Source: a bacterium (GTDB taxonomy: Bacteria; Synergistota; GBS-1). From it: DNA of 64,000 bases. Of the stretch, positions 7,664 to 16,203 are shown piece by piece. The stretch covers positions 64,001-128,000 of the forward strand of contig JASKLF010000005.1 in NCBI GenBank assembly GCA_030153785.1. Direction: 5' to 3'. The notes below the pieces were generated by a model. It searched no databases and was not told where the DNA came from. It worked only from the letters and a program-made list of their open reading frames with translations. Every line of letters begins with the position of its first letter. Within the stretch, counting starts at the first letter, position 1. A program made the position numbers and the translations under genes.

Positions 7664-10600
7664 CTTTAAGAGGTAGGTTGTGTTTCATACTTACCCTTAT
7701 CTTTATAGCGTTAATCGCGGGGATAGGCTATTACTCTTACACCGTAGCCGTTAAGAGGATCGAGGATGGCGTTAAGGAGCACCTTTTAAGCCATATGGAT
7801 GCCATAGAAGATCTTGCCTCCTCATTTTCTCGAATTTTAAGCTTCGGTCTCAGAAGTAGGGGGGAGAAGGCATCGGATATCATTTTTGCCCTCTTCGGAT
7901 TTTTTGATGCCCTTCCGGATGAAGGCCTTTTAGAGAAGTCGTTGGAAAATTTAAACTTAAAGGGTGTAAGATTTTATCTCCTGGGGGAAAAAAACCTTCA
8001 AGGTTTACCTCTTCCAGAGGGTATTTCCACGAGGGAAGTCCTTTTCTCTCGGGAGGGAAGGGAGTTTTTTTCGGACCCTTCTGGGAATAAGCTCTTGCTG
8101 TTATGGAAGGAAAGGGGAGAGTCAGGTCTTCGCTACCTTGCCCTGGTATCTTTAAGCGAGTTCAGCGAGGAAGCGGAGATGCTCGTTTCGTTGGCAAGAG
8201 AGCTTCTCCTTGAGGCGTTCGGAAGACACCTTCTTGGGCCGAGGGGATACGTTCAGGTCTTTTCAAGTGATGGCACTCTCCTTCTTTTGAGAGGAAGCCA
8301 CATCTTGGACGAGGATGACCTTTTCGGTAGTTCATTTGTAAAGAGGGTTTTCGACTCAGGAAGGGAAGTTTTCACTTACGATTTTAAAGGGGAAAGAAAG
8401 GTGAGAGCCGGAGTAAGGCTGTTTTTCCCAGAGGTCTTCCCCGAGATGGTGGTAATTTCCACGGCTTATCTTTCGGACTTTACCGATGGGGCGGTGAGGG
8501 GCTTTATTCTGAGGGTCTCGGTGTTAGGAGCGATCTTGCTTTTTTCAACATTTTTCTTTATCAATCGCTTTTTAAGGAGGGGATTCTTTTCCTTCCTAAC
8601 TTCTCTGAGCGAAGGCTTTGATAACTTAATGAGGGGAAACTATGGTTACAGGATGAGAAAGCTTGGAGAGAAGTATTTAGATGAGTTAGTTGAAAAATTC
8701 AACAGAGTCGGTGAATCTCTTGACCTTCATAGAAAGGAGATCGAAAGAACCTACTCCGAGCTTTTGAAGATGCATTCCGATCTTAAGGGGAGCAAAGACG
8801 AGCTTGAAGCTACTTATGCCCAGCTTAAGGCCTATGCGAAAACTCTTGAAACGTTGACTGAGGAGCTTTCAAGGAGCAACGAGCTTTTAAGGATGATCGT
8901 TAGAGCTGGGGAAGAGCTTCTTGACTTGTCCAAGTTTTCCGACCCCTATTCTCGAATTTACGAAAGTCTCAGCACCTTTTATAAAGACTGTACCGTTGGA
9001 ATTTACGAGCCCTCTGGTGGTAGAAGAGTTTTGGTTAAAAAGGCTGGCGACGGCGAAGATGTGATAAGCGTGGAAGGCTCTATAGTGGAGGAGGCTCTGA
9101 AGGACATTAAGCCGTTGTTCCTTTCGGAAGGCGGAAAGGTGAGGCTTTTCGTTCCTATCAGTTTCGAGAACAAGCTTTACAGCATTATACTCATATCTTC
9201 AGAAGATAATCGCCTGGGCAAAGTTGACCTTGATGTCATATCGATGCTTGCGAGTATAGCGGGTACTGCTTTTGCAAATAAGGGGTATTTAGACTCTGCA
9301 ATAGAGAAGGCGAGAAAGCTTGGCGTTTTAGCTCAAATATCCGAGGTGTTAGCCTCAAGTAGAAGCCTCGTGGAGGACTTAAGGCTGATCATAGAAAATA
9401 TAGCGAACAAGCTTGAGTATGATTGTTTGGAGGTGTTCTTAAAGGAAGGAGAGCGCCTTCAGAGGGTGGCATCGGCTGGCAAAATATCGGAGATCGATTA
9501 TGGAGAGGAAGGCTGGGATATAAGCAAGGGGGTCTGTGGTTGGGTTGCAAGATATGGCAGAGGTGTCTTCATCCCCGATGTAACCAAGGATCACAGATAT
9601 GTGGAGGTTGTAAAGGGTATTAAGGGTGAGATAGTGGTTCCCATCTTAGGTGATGGTGAGATTTATGGAATCATAAACCTGGAGAGCTTTTCAGAGCTCT
9701 CTTATGATGATTACGAAATATTGAGCATACTTGGTAGGCAGATTGGTATGGCTTTAAGGAAAGAGAGGCTCTTTAAGAGTGTTGCAGAGGAAGCCAGGAG
9801 GTTTAAAACCCTGTATGAGCTATCTTTGGGATTGAGCTCTCCTGAAGCCTTAGAGGATGTTCTCGATAAAGTTTGCAAGAGAATAGAGAAGGAGCGGGGA
9901 TATGTTAACATAAGCGTAGCGATTTATGATAGAAAGCGTGTTTCGTGGAGGCTATTGGCTGGCAGGGTTAAGAGCAAGCTCTCGGAGGAAACCTTTAAGA
10001 AACTTGAAAGCGCTGGTGGGGTCGTATCCAAGGCTCTTCGTGAGGGTGCGGTGGTAAATGTTCCTGATGTTAGAAAGGTGGGGTATTACATCGAGGTTTT
10101 CGAGGAAACCCTGTCGGAGTTAGCTGTTCCCATATATGTGGGGGACAGAATAGAAGGCGTTTTGGATGTGGAGAGCCCTCGTTTGAATGATTTTTCTAAA
10201 GAGGATGAAGAGTTTTTTGAATCGATCGCTAATATGATTGGGCTTGTCTTAGCGAGGGAGAGGCTTCTTGAGGACTTAAGGACTCAAGGGAGGAAGCTTG
10301 AATCGCTTCTTCATATCTCAAGAAGACTGATGCTAATAAACGATGAGGACGAGTTGTATGGATATCTGTGTAAAGCTCTGGCTGAAAGCTTGGGCTATAA
10401 GAGGGTTGCCTATCGAAAGGTGGACTGGGAGAGAGGCATTGCCTTTTTAAAGGGCGAGGCTGGGGAATGGTTGGGTGTTGGTGAGAATATTCCCCTTGAC
10501 AGGGGGACGGTGGCTGGCTATGTGGCATTCACGGGGGATGTTTTCAAGAGCGACGATCTCGATAGCGACACGAGGATTAAAAGAAAATACATTAAGGGCG

Positions 10601-11835
10601 TTAAATCCATCATAGCCATTCCGTTGAAGGTCAACGGTAGCGTTGATGGCATCCTTTTCGTTTCTGATGGTGAAGAAAAGGCCTTCACCAAATATGATGA
10701 GGAGCTACTTTATATGGTGGTTAGCCTTCTTTCCTCTTCCTTAGATAGGATAAAGTTCTTAAATTCGATTAATAAGAAGAGTCAGGTTATGGATCTTCTT
10801 TATAAGCTTTCTTTAAGGCTTTCACGGTGCTTATCTGAAGAGGAAGTTTACGATGTGGTTATTGACTTCTTGAAAGAGGTAGAGTCTTATTCCAAGATAA
10901 CCATAATGACTCTTGAGGGAGAGGAGCTCGTTCTTAAAAGGTCTTATCCCTCAAGAGGTAAGGTAGTGAGGCTAAAGCTTGGTGAGGGTATAACGGGTTG
11001 GGTTGCGCTTCACGGTGAAAGCGTTTTGGTCGGAGATGTGTCTAAGGATTCCCGCTATGTCGAATGGTTTGAGGGCATTAAAAGTGAGCTTGCCGTTCCT
11101 GTAAGGGTTGAAGGCAACATCTACGGTGTTTTGAACTTGGAGAGCGAGATAATGGGAGTCTTCACCGAAGAGGACCGATGGCTCCTGGAGGCGGTTGCCA
11201 CATCAATGGGCATCGTGCTTGAAAATATTTCTCATCTGAAAGACCCGGAGGATAATCTTTTCGCTACCACCTTGGCCCTGGCAAAGACCATCGAATATAA
11301 AGACCCATACACAAGAGGACATTGTGAGAGAGTTATGGAGTATGCCGATGCCTTGGCCCTAAGAATAGGGCTTTCGGATGTTGAAAGGAAGCGATTAAGA
11401 TATGCCTGTATATTGCACGATATAGGGAAGATCGGCGTTCCCGGGCGTATTCTTGACAAGCCCGGAAGACTTACCGATGAGGAATATGAGATAGTTAAAA
11501 GACATCCCGTTTTGGGAGAGGAGCTTCTGAAAGAGGTTCCCTTCTTGAGGGAGATATCGCTTTTAGTTCGTTGGCATCATGAAAGATGGGATGGAAGGGG
11601 ATATCCTGATGGCTTGAAGGGTTATGAGATACCCTTGGAAAGCAGAATAATGGCCATAGCGGATGCCTTTGATGCCATGACTTCAGACAGACCCTACAGA
11701 AGGGCGCTTTCAAAGGAGGAAGCCATCGCCCAGATAAGAGGCGGTATGGGAACCCAATTTGACCCTGTGTTAGCTTCGGAGTTTCTGAGTTTAATAGAGG
11801 GGGGTGAGTTTGATGAGGATAGACTTAAACAGTGA
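7660..11835 (+). CDS. Membrane-anchored sensor: extracytoplasmic domain, HAMP, about five GAF domains and an HD-GYP phosphodiesterase domain
   Basis: Two TM segments, HAMP-like region, repeated GAF motifs (GVCGWVAR..PDVTKD.RY, ELAVPI..GVLDVES, GITGWVA..GDVSKDSRY), KDPYTRGHCERV, LHDIGK, HHERWDGRGYPDG, RPYR. Confidence 0.9.
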   Translation: MTLRGRLCFILTLIFIALIAGIGYYSYTVAVKRIEDGVKEHLLSHMDAIEDLASSFSRILSFGLRSRGEKASDIIFALFGFFDALPDEGLLEKSLENLNLKGVRFYLLGEKNLQGLPLPEGISTREVLFSREGREFFSDPSGNKLLLLWKERGESGLRYLALVSLSEFSEEAEMLVSLARELLLEAFGRHLLGPRGYVQVFSSDGTLLLLRGSHILDEDDLFGSSFVKRVFDSGREVFTYDFKGERKVRAGVRLFFPEVFPEMVVISTAYLSDFTDGAVRGFILRVSVLGAILLFSTFFFINRFLRRGFFSFLTSLSEGFDNLMRGNYGYRMRKLGEKYLDELVEKFNRVGESLDLHRKEIERTYSELLKMHSDLKGSKDELEATYAQLKAYAKTLETLTEELSRSNELLRMIVRAGEELLDLSKFSDPYSRIYESLSTFYKDCTVGIYEPSGGRRVLVKKAGDGEDVISVEGSIVEEALKDIKPLFLSEGGKVRLFVPISFENKLYSIILISSEDNRLGKVDLDVISMLASIAGTAFANKGYLDSAIEKARKLGVLAQISEVLASSRSLVEDLRLIIENIANKLEYDCLEVFLKEGERLQRVASAGKISEIDYGEEGWDISKGVCGWVARYGRGVFIPDVTKDHRYVEVVKGIKGEIVVPILGDGEIYGIINLESFSELSYDDYEILSILGRQIGMALRKERLFKSVAEEARRFKTLYELSLGLSSPEALEDVLDKVCKRIEKERGYVNISVAIYDRKRVSWRLLAGRVKSKLSEETFKKLESAGGVVSKALREGAVVNVPDVRKVGYYIEVFEETLSELAVPIYVGDRIEGVLDVESPRLNDFSKEDEEFFESIANMIGLVLARERLLEDLRTQGRKLESLLHISRRLMLINDEDELYGYLCKALAESLGYKRVAYRKVDWERGIAFLKGEAGEWLGVGENIPLDRGTVAGYVAFTGDVFKSDDLDSDTRIKRKYIKGVKSIIAIPLKVNGSVDGILFVSDGEEKAFTKYDEELLYMVVSLLSSSLDRIKFLNSINKKSQVMDLLYKLSLRLSRCLSEEEVYDVVIDFLKEVESYSKITIMTLEGEELVLKRSYPSRGKVVRLKLGEGITGWVALHGESVLVGDVSKDSRYVEWFEGIKSELAVPVRVEGNIYGVLNLESEIMGVFTEEDRWLLEAVATSMGIVLENISHLKDPEDNLFATTLALAKTIEYKDPYTRGHCERVMEYADALALRIGLSDVERKRLRYACILHDIGKIGVPGRILDKPGRLTDEEYEIVKRHPVLGEELLKEVPFLREISLLVRWHHERWDGRGYPDGLKGYEIPLESRIMAIADAFDAMTSDRPYRRALSKEEAIAQIRGGMGTQFDPVLASEFLSLIEGGEFDEDRLKQ

Positions 11836-12589
11836 TATGGGGGAAAGCTTTGGAAGATATAAGCTTGGATACGATGAAGAGCTCTTAAAATACGTCTCTT
11901 CTGCAAACATAGCCTGTGGGCTTCATGCGGGTGACCCGTTGGTCATGGAACGCACGGTAAAGGAGGCCTTATCTCGAGGAGTGGGAGTTGGGGCACATCC
12001 GGGTTATCCTGACCTTCAGGGCTTTGGCAGAAGGTCCATATCTATGTCTCCTGAGGAAGTGGAGGCCTTCGTCCTGTATCAGATAGGGGCGCTTTATGCC
12101 TTTGTCAAGGCCAATGGTGGCACCTTAAGGCATGTTAAGCCTCATGGACAGCTTTATAATGACGCAAATAACGCGGCGTCCCGTGGAGACGAAAGCATTG
12201 CGAGGGCCATCGGTAATGCGGTTAAAAGATTTGACCCATCTTTAATCTTGGTTGGCCTTGCGGGAAGCAAAATGGTGGAGGTCTGGAGAAGGATGGGGCT
12301 CAAGGTGGCTGAGGAGGTCTTCGCAGATAGAGCTTATAATCCTGATGGGACCCTCGTTTCCCGTTCGAAGCCTGGCGCCGTGATAAAGGACCCCGATGAG
12401 GTTGTTAACAGGGTGATTCGTATGGTCAAAGAGAGGGAGGTAGTTGCCATAGATGGAACGGTAATAAGAAACTTGAGCTTCGATACCATATGTGTTCACG
12501 GGGATACTCCTACAGCTGTTGAGCTGGTTAAGAGGATAAGAGAGGCGCTTGATAGGGAAGGAATAGAAGTGAAGCCCATGGAAGTTTGA
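11813..12589 (+). CDS. pxpA: 5-oxoprolinase subunit A (LamB/YcsF family)
   Basis: IDLNSDMGES, SANIACGLHAGDP, GAHPGYPD, HVKPHG.LYN, FADRAY, TICVHGD. Confidence 0.93.
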   Translation: MRIDLNSDMGESFGRYKLGYDEELLKYVSSANIACGLHAGDPLVMERTVKEALSRGVGVGAHPGYPDLQGFGRRSISMSPEEVEAFVLYQIGALYAFVKANGGTLRHVKPHGQLYNDANNAASRGDESIARAIGNAVKRFDPSLILVGLAGSKMVEVWRRMGLKVAEEVFADRAYNPDGTLVSRSKPGAVIKDPDEVVNRVIRMVKEREVVAIDGTVIRNLSFDTICVHGDTPTAVELVKRIREALDREGIEVKPMEV

Positions 12590-12602
12590 GGGCGAAAGTT
12601 TC

Positions 12603-12640
12603 AAATCCCCGGTTCCGGAAAGGGAACCGGGGATTTTTTA
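12603..12640 (+). terminator. Intrinsic terminator after pxpA
   Basis: AAATCCCCGGTTCC / GGAACCGGGGATTT stem followed by a T tract. Confidence 0.85.
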
Positions 12641-12714
12641 TTTGTTAAAAATTTTTACTATAGCAAATAACCCCCTCTTTTCTTCATCTATATAAGTGGA
12701 AAGGGGGTGATAAG

Positions 12715-12912
12715 ATGGCTACATTTGTAGATGCGTTATCGAGGATGAGCGTTAGGGTTATTGAGAATGGTAGTAGAAGGACCTATGCGTGGCGAAATGT
12801 TAAGCCCACCGTTACGGCGGACGACCTCGATGCCGTTTTAAGTGCGCTTATGTCTCTTTCCTTGTCCCAGGTTCTTGATAGGCTTTTGATTCGTCAGCAG
12901 AACATAATCTAA
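12715..12912 (+). CDS. DUF1659-like small protein
   Basis: 65 aa, RRTYAWRNVKPTVTADDL pattern; SD AAAGGGGGTG; paired with a DUF2922-like gene. Confidence 0.65.
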   Translation: MATFVDALSRMSVRVIENGSRRTYAWRNVKPTVTADDLDAVLSALMSLSLSQVLDRLLIRQQNII

Positions 12913-12930
12913 GGAAGGGGGTGATAATAG

Positions 12931-13128
12931 GTGAGGTTCTTGCACATGTATTTTTCAAACGATGCTGGAAGAAGGGTTAGGATTACCGTTAGAAATGCCC
13001 GTGAAGATGTTACCGCTGATGAAGTTTCGCAAGTTATGGACTTACTGATATCCAAGGATATTTTTTCTCCCTCCTTAACTTCTGTGATAGGTGCTGAAAT
13101 CGAGGAAAGAAGCGTAACCGAGCTTTAG
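12931..13128 (+). CDS. DUF2922-like small protein
   Basis: L.MYFSNDAGRRVRITV.NAREDVT..EV...MD.LI.KDIF...L....GAEI.ER.VTEL; SD GGGGGTG. Confidence 0.75.
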   Translation: MRFLHMYFSNDAGRRVRITVRNAREDVTADEVSQVMDLLISKDIFSPSLTSVIGAEIEERSVTEL

Positions 13129-13136
13129 TCAAGGCG

Positions 13137-13168
13137 GGGCTTGAAGGCTGCTTGCAGCCTTCAAGCCC
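13137..13168. terminator. Long near-perfect palindrome / stem-loop
   Basis: GGGCTTGAAGGCTGC-TT-GCAGCCTTCAAGCCC (15-bp arms). Confidence 0.6.
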
Positions 13169-13196
13169 TCTTAAAAATCTAAAGGAGGGTAGGTAA

Positions 13197-13349
13197 ATGA
13201 GGGTTAAGCTTTTTGGTGAGATTCCCAAGGAATTTGACGAATTAAGTGAAGTTCGAGGAGGGAAAGGGAATGAACAGGATAAAGATATCTTTAAACTTTT
13301 ATCTAAACGAGTTCGAGTGCCCTTGTTGTCAGAGGGTAAAGATAGATGA
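13197..13349 (+). CDS. Possible 50-aa small protein (not in the ORF track)
   Basis: Strong SD AAAGGAGG (13181-13188) then ATG; reads MRVKLFGEIPKEFDELSEV...; overlaps the M15 gene by 80 nt. Confidence 0.35.
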   Translation: MRVKLFGEIPKEFDELSEVRGGKGNEQDKDIFKLLSKRVRVPLLSEGKDR

Positions 13350-13683
13350 GATCTTGCTTTGGAAGCTTGAAGCTCTGAGGATAATCTGGGGTATGCCCTT
13401 AAGGGTGACGAGCGGTTACAGGTGTGAGAAGCACAACAAGGAGGTAGGCGGAGCTGAGAACTCTCTTCATCTTAGGGGAAGAGCGGTTGACATAGCTGTT
13501 AAGGAGGAGGACCAGGGAAAATTTCTAACCTTGGCGAAGCTCGTTGGCTTTAAGGTTATTCCCTATCCCAAGAGAAACTTTGTCCACTTAGATGTGGGAG
13601 GTGAAGGTCTTGGACGTATATCAGGTGATATCGAATCTAGGGTTTCCAATAGTCCTGAGCTTTTACCTTTTAACCCGTCTTGA
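13270..13683 (+). CDS. Peptidase M15A (Zn D-Ala-D-Ala carboxypeptidase / endolysin-like)
   Basis: NFYLNEFECPCC, TSGYRC..HN..VGGA.NSLHL.GRAVDI (SxHxxGxAxD), FVHLDV; no signal peptide. Confidence 0.88.
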   Translation: MNRIKISLNFYLNEFECPCCQRVKIDEILLWKLEALRIIWGMPLRVTSGYRCEKHNKEVGGAENSLHLRGRAVDIAVKEEDQGKFLTLAKLVGFKVIPYPKRNFVHLDVGGEGLGRISGDIESRVSNSPELLPFNPS

Positions 13684-13765
13684 GCGGGAGATGAAGGAGC
13701 TTAAAGAGGCGATTCATCAGTTAAGTAGTGCCATAGAAGGAAACGCTTTAAAAATCGGTCAGTAA
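13610..13765 (+). CDS. YvrJ-family small membrane protein (51 aa, not in the ORF track)
   Basis: SD GGGAGGTG then TTG; MDVYQVISNLGFPIVLSFYLLTRLEREMKELKEAI... fits the YvrJ pattern ISNxGFPI..S.YLL.R.E. Confidence 0.8.
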   Translation: MDVYQVISNLGFPIVLSFYLLTRLEREMKELKEAIHQLSSAIEGNALKIGQ

Positions 13766-13771
13766 AAGCGT

Positions 13772-13806
13772 GGGCAGGGCGTTTAAGCCCTGCCCCTTAT
13801 TTTTTA
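13772..13806. terminator. Terminator between the convergent yvrJ-like and ClC genes
   Basis: GGGCAGGGC / GCCCTGCCC stem followed by a T tract. Confidence 0.75.
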
Positions 13807-15041
13807 AGGTAGGATTTGGTTATTAAATCTGCCATTAAGGTCGGTATTATGGCTAAGTAGAAACTTTTTATGCTGAAAATTTCGTAGGAGAGAATTGCAC
13901 AGCTAAGCGGGGATCCAACCGCTCCTGCAAGGGTTGATGTGGCGGTAAAGGCTATAAAGAAGGCCTTGTCTTCCAAGCTTACGAACCCAAGAGAGTGAAG
14001 GATAAAAAATATTCCTCCTCCCATTAATCCTCCTGTTACCAGAGAGGGACCTATCATACCTCCACTTCCTCCAGCCCCCACATAGCTTCCGTTTGAAATA
14101 ATTTTGCCTAACCCCCCTAAGATGAGGATAAAGGATAGGGAGAGAAGCTCCCCCGCGTTTGATGGTTCGATGTCTTTTAATACTATTAAATTGTCAAATC
14201 CGTGCCCCAGGATGTTGGGAAACCTTAAGAGGGACGGAAAAATGAAGACCAGGAGAACTATTATTAGGGAGGTCAGGGATGGCAAAAATGGTTTTAGGTT
14301 CTTTCCTATTTTGTTACTCAGATTGCTAACCTTTTCATAGTATTTGACGAAAAGATAAGAGGAAACTCCTCCAGTAAGCCCTATAATGGGGAGAGATAGT
14401 AACGTTTCCATGTCTAAAGCGGTATTTTCTAACTTTAAAAGATTAAATTCATTAAAATTGATGAAAGATATGAACGCCCCAATTGTGGAGGCTATCTCCA
14501 TGTATATTAGCTTCCTGATATTTTTCCTCAATCTTGAGAGAAACCTACCATAGTATAGTTCGAAGATGAATAATCCTCCTCCTATCGGGGCTCTTAAGGC
14601 AGCTCCTATGCCTGCTGACAGGGCTATAAGGGAGAAAGTCTCAGCGTGCTCCTTAAAGAGGCCGTGAGCCAGAAGATAGCCTATCCTTCCAGATGGTCCC
14701 ACAAGCCCTCCGCTGTTTCCAAGTCCAATACCTATTATTTGAGCAAAGAGTTTTAGTAAAAGGGCTTGGAATGGTTTAGGAGGTTTTTCTCCTCTTTTTA
14801 TCTCTTCTAAAGTTAAATCCAAGCCTGGTCCCCAGCCTTTAAGCCCTTTAAATTTATCGTTCCATATTAGTAAACCTGCAATTAGCGCTCCTAAGGGGGG
14901 AAAGATGAGAAAAATAACGTTCTCTCTTGCTAAGCCGAGAATTAACCCCCACAGGTCGATTATCAGAAGGAGCTTGATGTTTACTATAATTCCTATGATG
15001 ATACTTGAAAGGATTAGACGGCCTATTTCTCCAAGCATCAT
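13797..15041 (-). CDS. ClC chloride channel/transporter family protein with atypical signatures
   Basis: Many TM segments; GNSGGLVGP (GREGP equivalent), AGIGAALRAPIGG.LF..E, GGSGGMIGPSL, AGAVGSPLS. Confidence 0.8.
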   Translation of the reverse strand: MMLGEIGRLILSSIIIGIIVNIKLLLIIDLWGLILGLARENVIFLIFPPLGALIAGLLIWNDKFKGLKGWGPGLDLTLEEIKRGEKPPKPFQALLLKLFAQIIGIGLGNSGGLVGPSGRIGYLLAHGLFKEHAETFSLIALSAGIGAALRAPIGGGLFIFELYYGRFLSRLRKNIRKLIYMEIASTIGAFISFINFNEFNLLKLENTALDMETLLSLPIIGLTGGVSSYLFVKYYEKVSNLSNKIGKNLKPFLPSLTSLIIVLLVFIFPSLLRFPNILGHGFDNLIVLKDIEPSNAGELLSLSFILILGGLGKIISNGSYVGAGGSGGMIGPSLVTGGLMGGGIFFILHSLGFVSLEDKAFFIAFTATSTLAGAVGSPLSCAILSYEIFSIKSFYLAIIPTLMADLITKSYLKK

Positions 15042-15070
15042 TCTAACTCAGTTAATTTTATCATAGTTTG

Positions 15071-15099
15071 TTGACATTGGAAGCTTTCTGTGATATTCT
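15071..15099 (+). promoter_or_regulatory. sigma70 promoter of the GntR/aminomutase operon
   Basis: TTGACA(15071-15076)-N17-TATTCT with an extended TG. Confidence 0.7.
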
Positions 15100-15116
15100 T
15101 TATTTATCGAACAATT

Positions 15117-15126
15117 TTGTATACAA
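15117..15126. promoter_or_regulatory. Candidate GntR/FadR-type operator
   Basis: Perfect palindrome TTGTATACAA between the promoter and the gntR start; fits the TnGT-ACnA type consensus. Confidence 0.6.
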
Positions 15127-15137
15127 GGTGGTGTGCC

Positions 15138-15785
15138 ATGAAAGATATAGCCGAGCTTATAAAGAGAGGTATCATAATGGGTAAGTTTTTACCGGGGCAA
15201 CGGCTTAACGAGGCTGACCTGGCTGTTGAGTTTGGGGTGAGTAGGACGCCTGTAAGAGAGGCTTTAAGGGAATTGGTAGCGTGTGGTCTTCTTGAATATG
15301 AGAAGCATAAGGGGATAAGGGTGAAGAGGTATACCCTATCTGAGATAAGATACATATACGAGGTATGGTCTGAGCTGGAGGCTATAGCGGCGAGGCTATC
15401 TGCCTCTCGGATAGACGAAGCTTCCCTCCGGAGGATGAAGGATGTTCTCGATAAACAGGAAAGGCTTGTAAGGCTTGGGGAGATAAACTGGGATTACATA
15501 GAGCTTAATGATGAGTTTCATCTCGTTATTGCCAGTTCCACGCAAAATCCCTATTTGCTCAAAATGCTTTCTAACATGAGGGAGCTTATGAGACTTTACA
15601 GGCTTGGAAGCCCTGGCTGCTTGGGCAGGCTTAAGGATTCTTTTGAGGAGCATAAGAGGATCTTCGAGGCAATTAAAAATCGAGACCCGGAAGGAGCTTA
15701 TGCCTCAGCCTTTACCCATGTAAGGAATGCTTTCGCATATCTTGAAAATCGGGGGGTAAGCGAGATTGGTGTCCGAGCCTTATGA
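15138..15785 (+). CDS. GntR-family transcriptional regulator (FCD domain)
   Basis: PGQRL.E..LA.EFGVSRTPVREAL; DEFHLVI...QNPYL; EH..I..AI..RD. Confidence 0.92.
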   Translation: MKDIAELIKRGIIMGKFLPGQRLNEADLAVEFGVSRTPVREALRELVACGLLEYEKHKGIRVKRYTLSEIRYIYEVWSELEAIAARLSASRIDEASLRRMKDVLDKQERLVRLGEINWDYIELNDEFHLVIASSTQNPYLLKMLSNMRELMRLYRLGSPGCLGRLKDSFEEHKRIFEAIKNRDPEGAYASAFTHVRNAFAYLENRGVSEIGVRAL

Positions 15786-16203
15786 GAGGTTAAATAGGAG
15801 TCCTTTTTATCTTAAAAGGAGTCCTAAGGGCAGGCTTGTTGCCGTTTTGGACCTGAAGGTCATGGATAGGGGTTTAAAGCTCATTTTGCCCCGCTCGAGG
15901 GCTGTTAAGGCCTCTGAAATCCATGAAATAATAGTCACGCAGGAGGATGCTTCACCAGGGCAAACCGTGAATAACGCCGTCTATGTGGGTTTTTGGGAGG
16001 TTTTACAGGGTGGGATTTTGGAGGTCGGGGATGAGCTATGGATTGATGGAAAAAGGGTTGGCGTTTTGCTTGGCTTTGATGAGACTCACTTCCCCAATCA
16101 TATAAATATGGTGTTTAGGGGAGAGCCTCTAACGGGCAGGGAGAGGGGGCTGCCCTTAGAGGCTGAGGTTGTCTTTAGGGGGGAGGAATGGAGCGATGAG
16201 TAA
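15766..16203 (+). CDS. Conserved hypothetical beta-rich protein (recalled as DUF6917-like)
   Basis: RAV...EIHEII.T, YVGFWEV..GGIL.VGD.L.I.G..VG.LLGFDETH.PNHINMV; translationally coupled on both sides. Confidence 0.6.
   Translation: MVSEPYERLNRSPFYLKRSPKGRLVAVLDLKVMDRGLKLILPRSRAVKASEIHEIIVTQEDASPGQTVNNAVYVGFWEVLQGGILEVGDELWIDGKRVGVLLGFDETHFPNHINMVFRGEPLTGRERGLPLEAEVVFRGEEWSDE

Noticed and set aside
15042..15137. Cobalamin riboswitch ahead of the B12-dependent operon
   Set aside because: The intergenic region is under 100 nt, is filled by promoters and has no B12-box-like sequence
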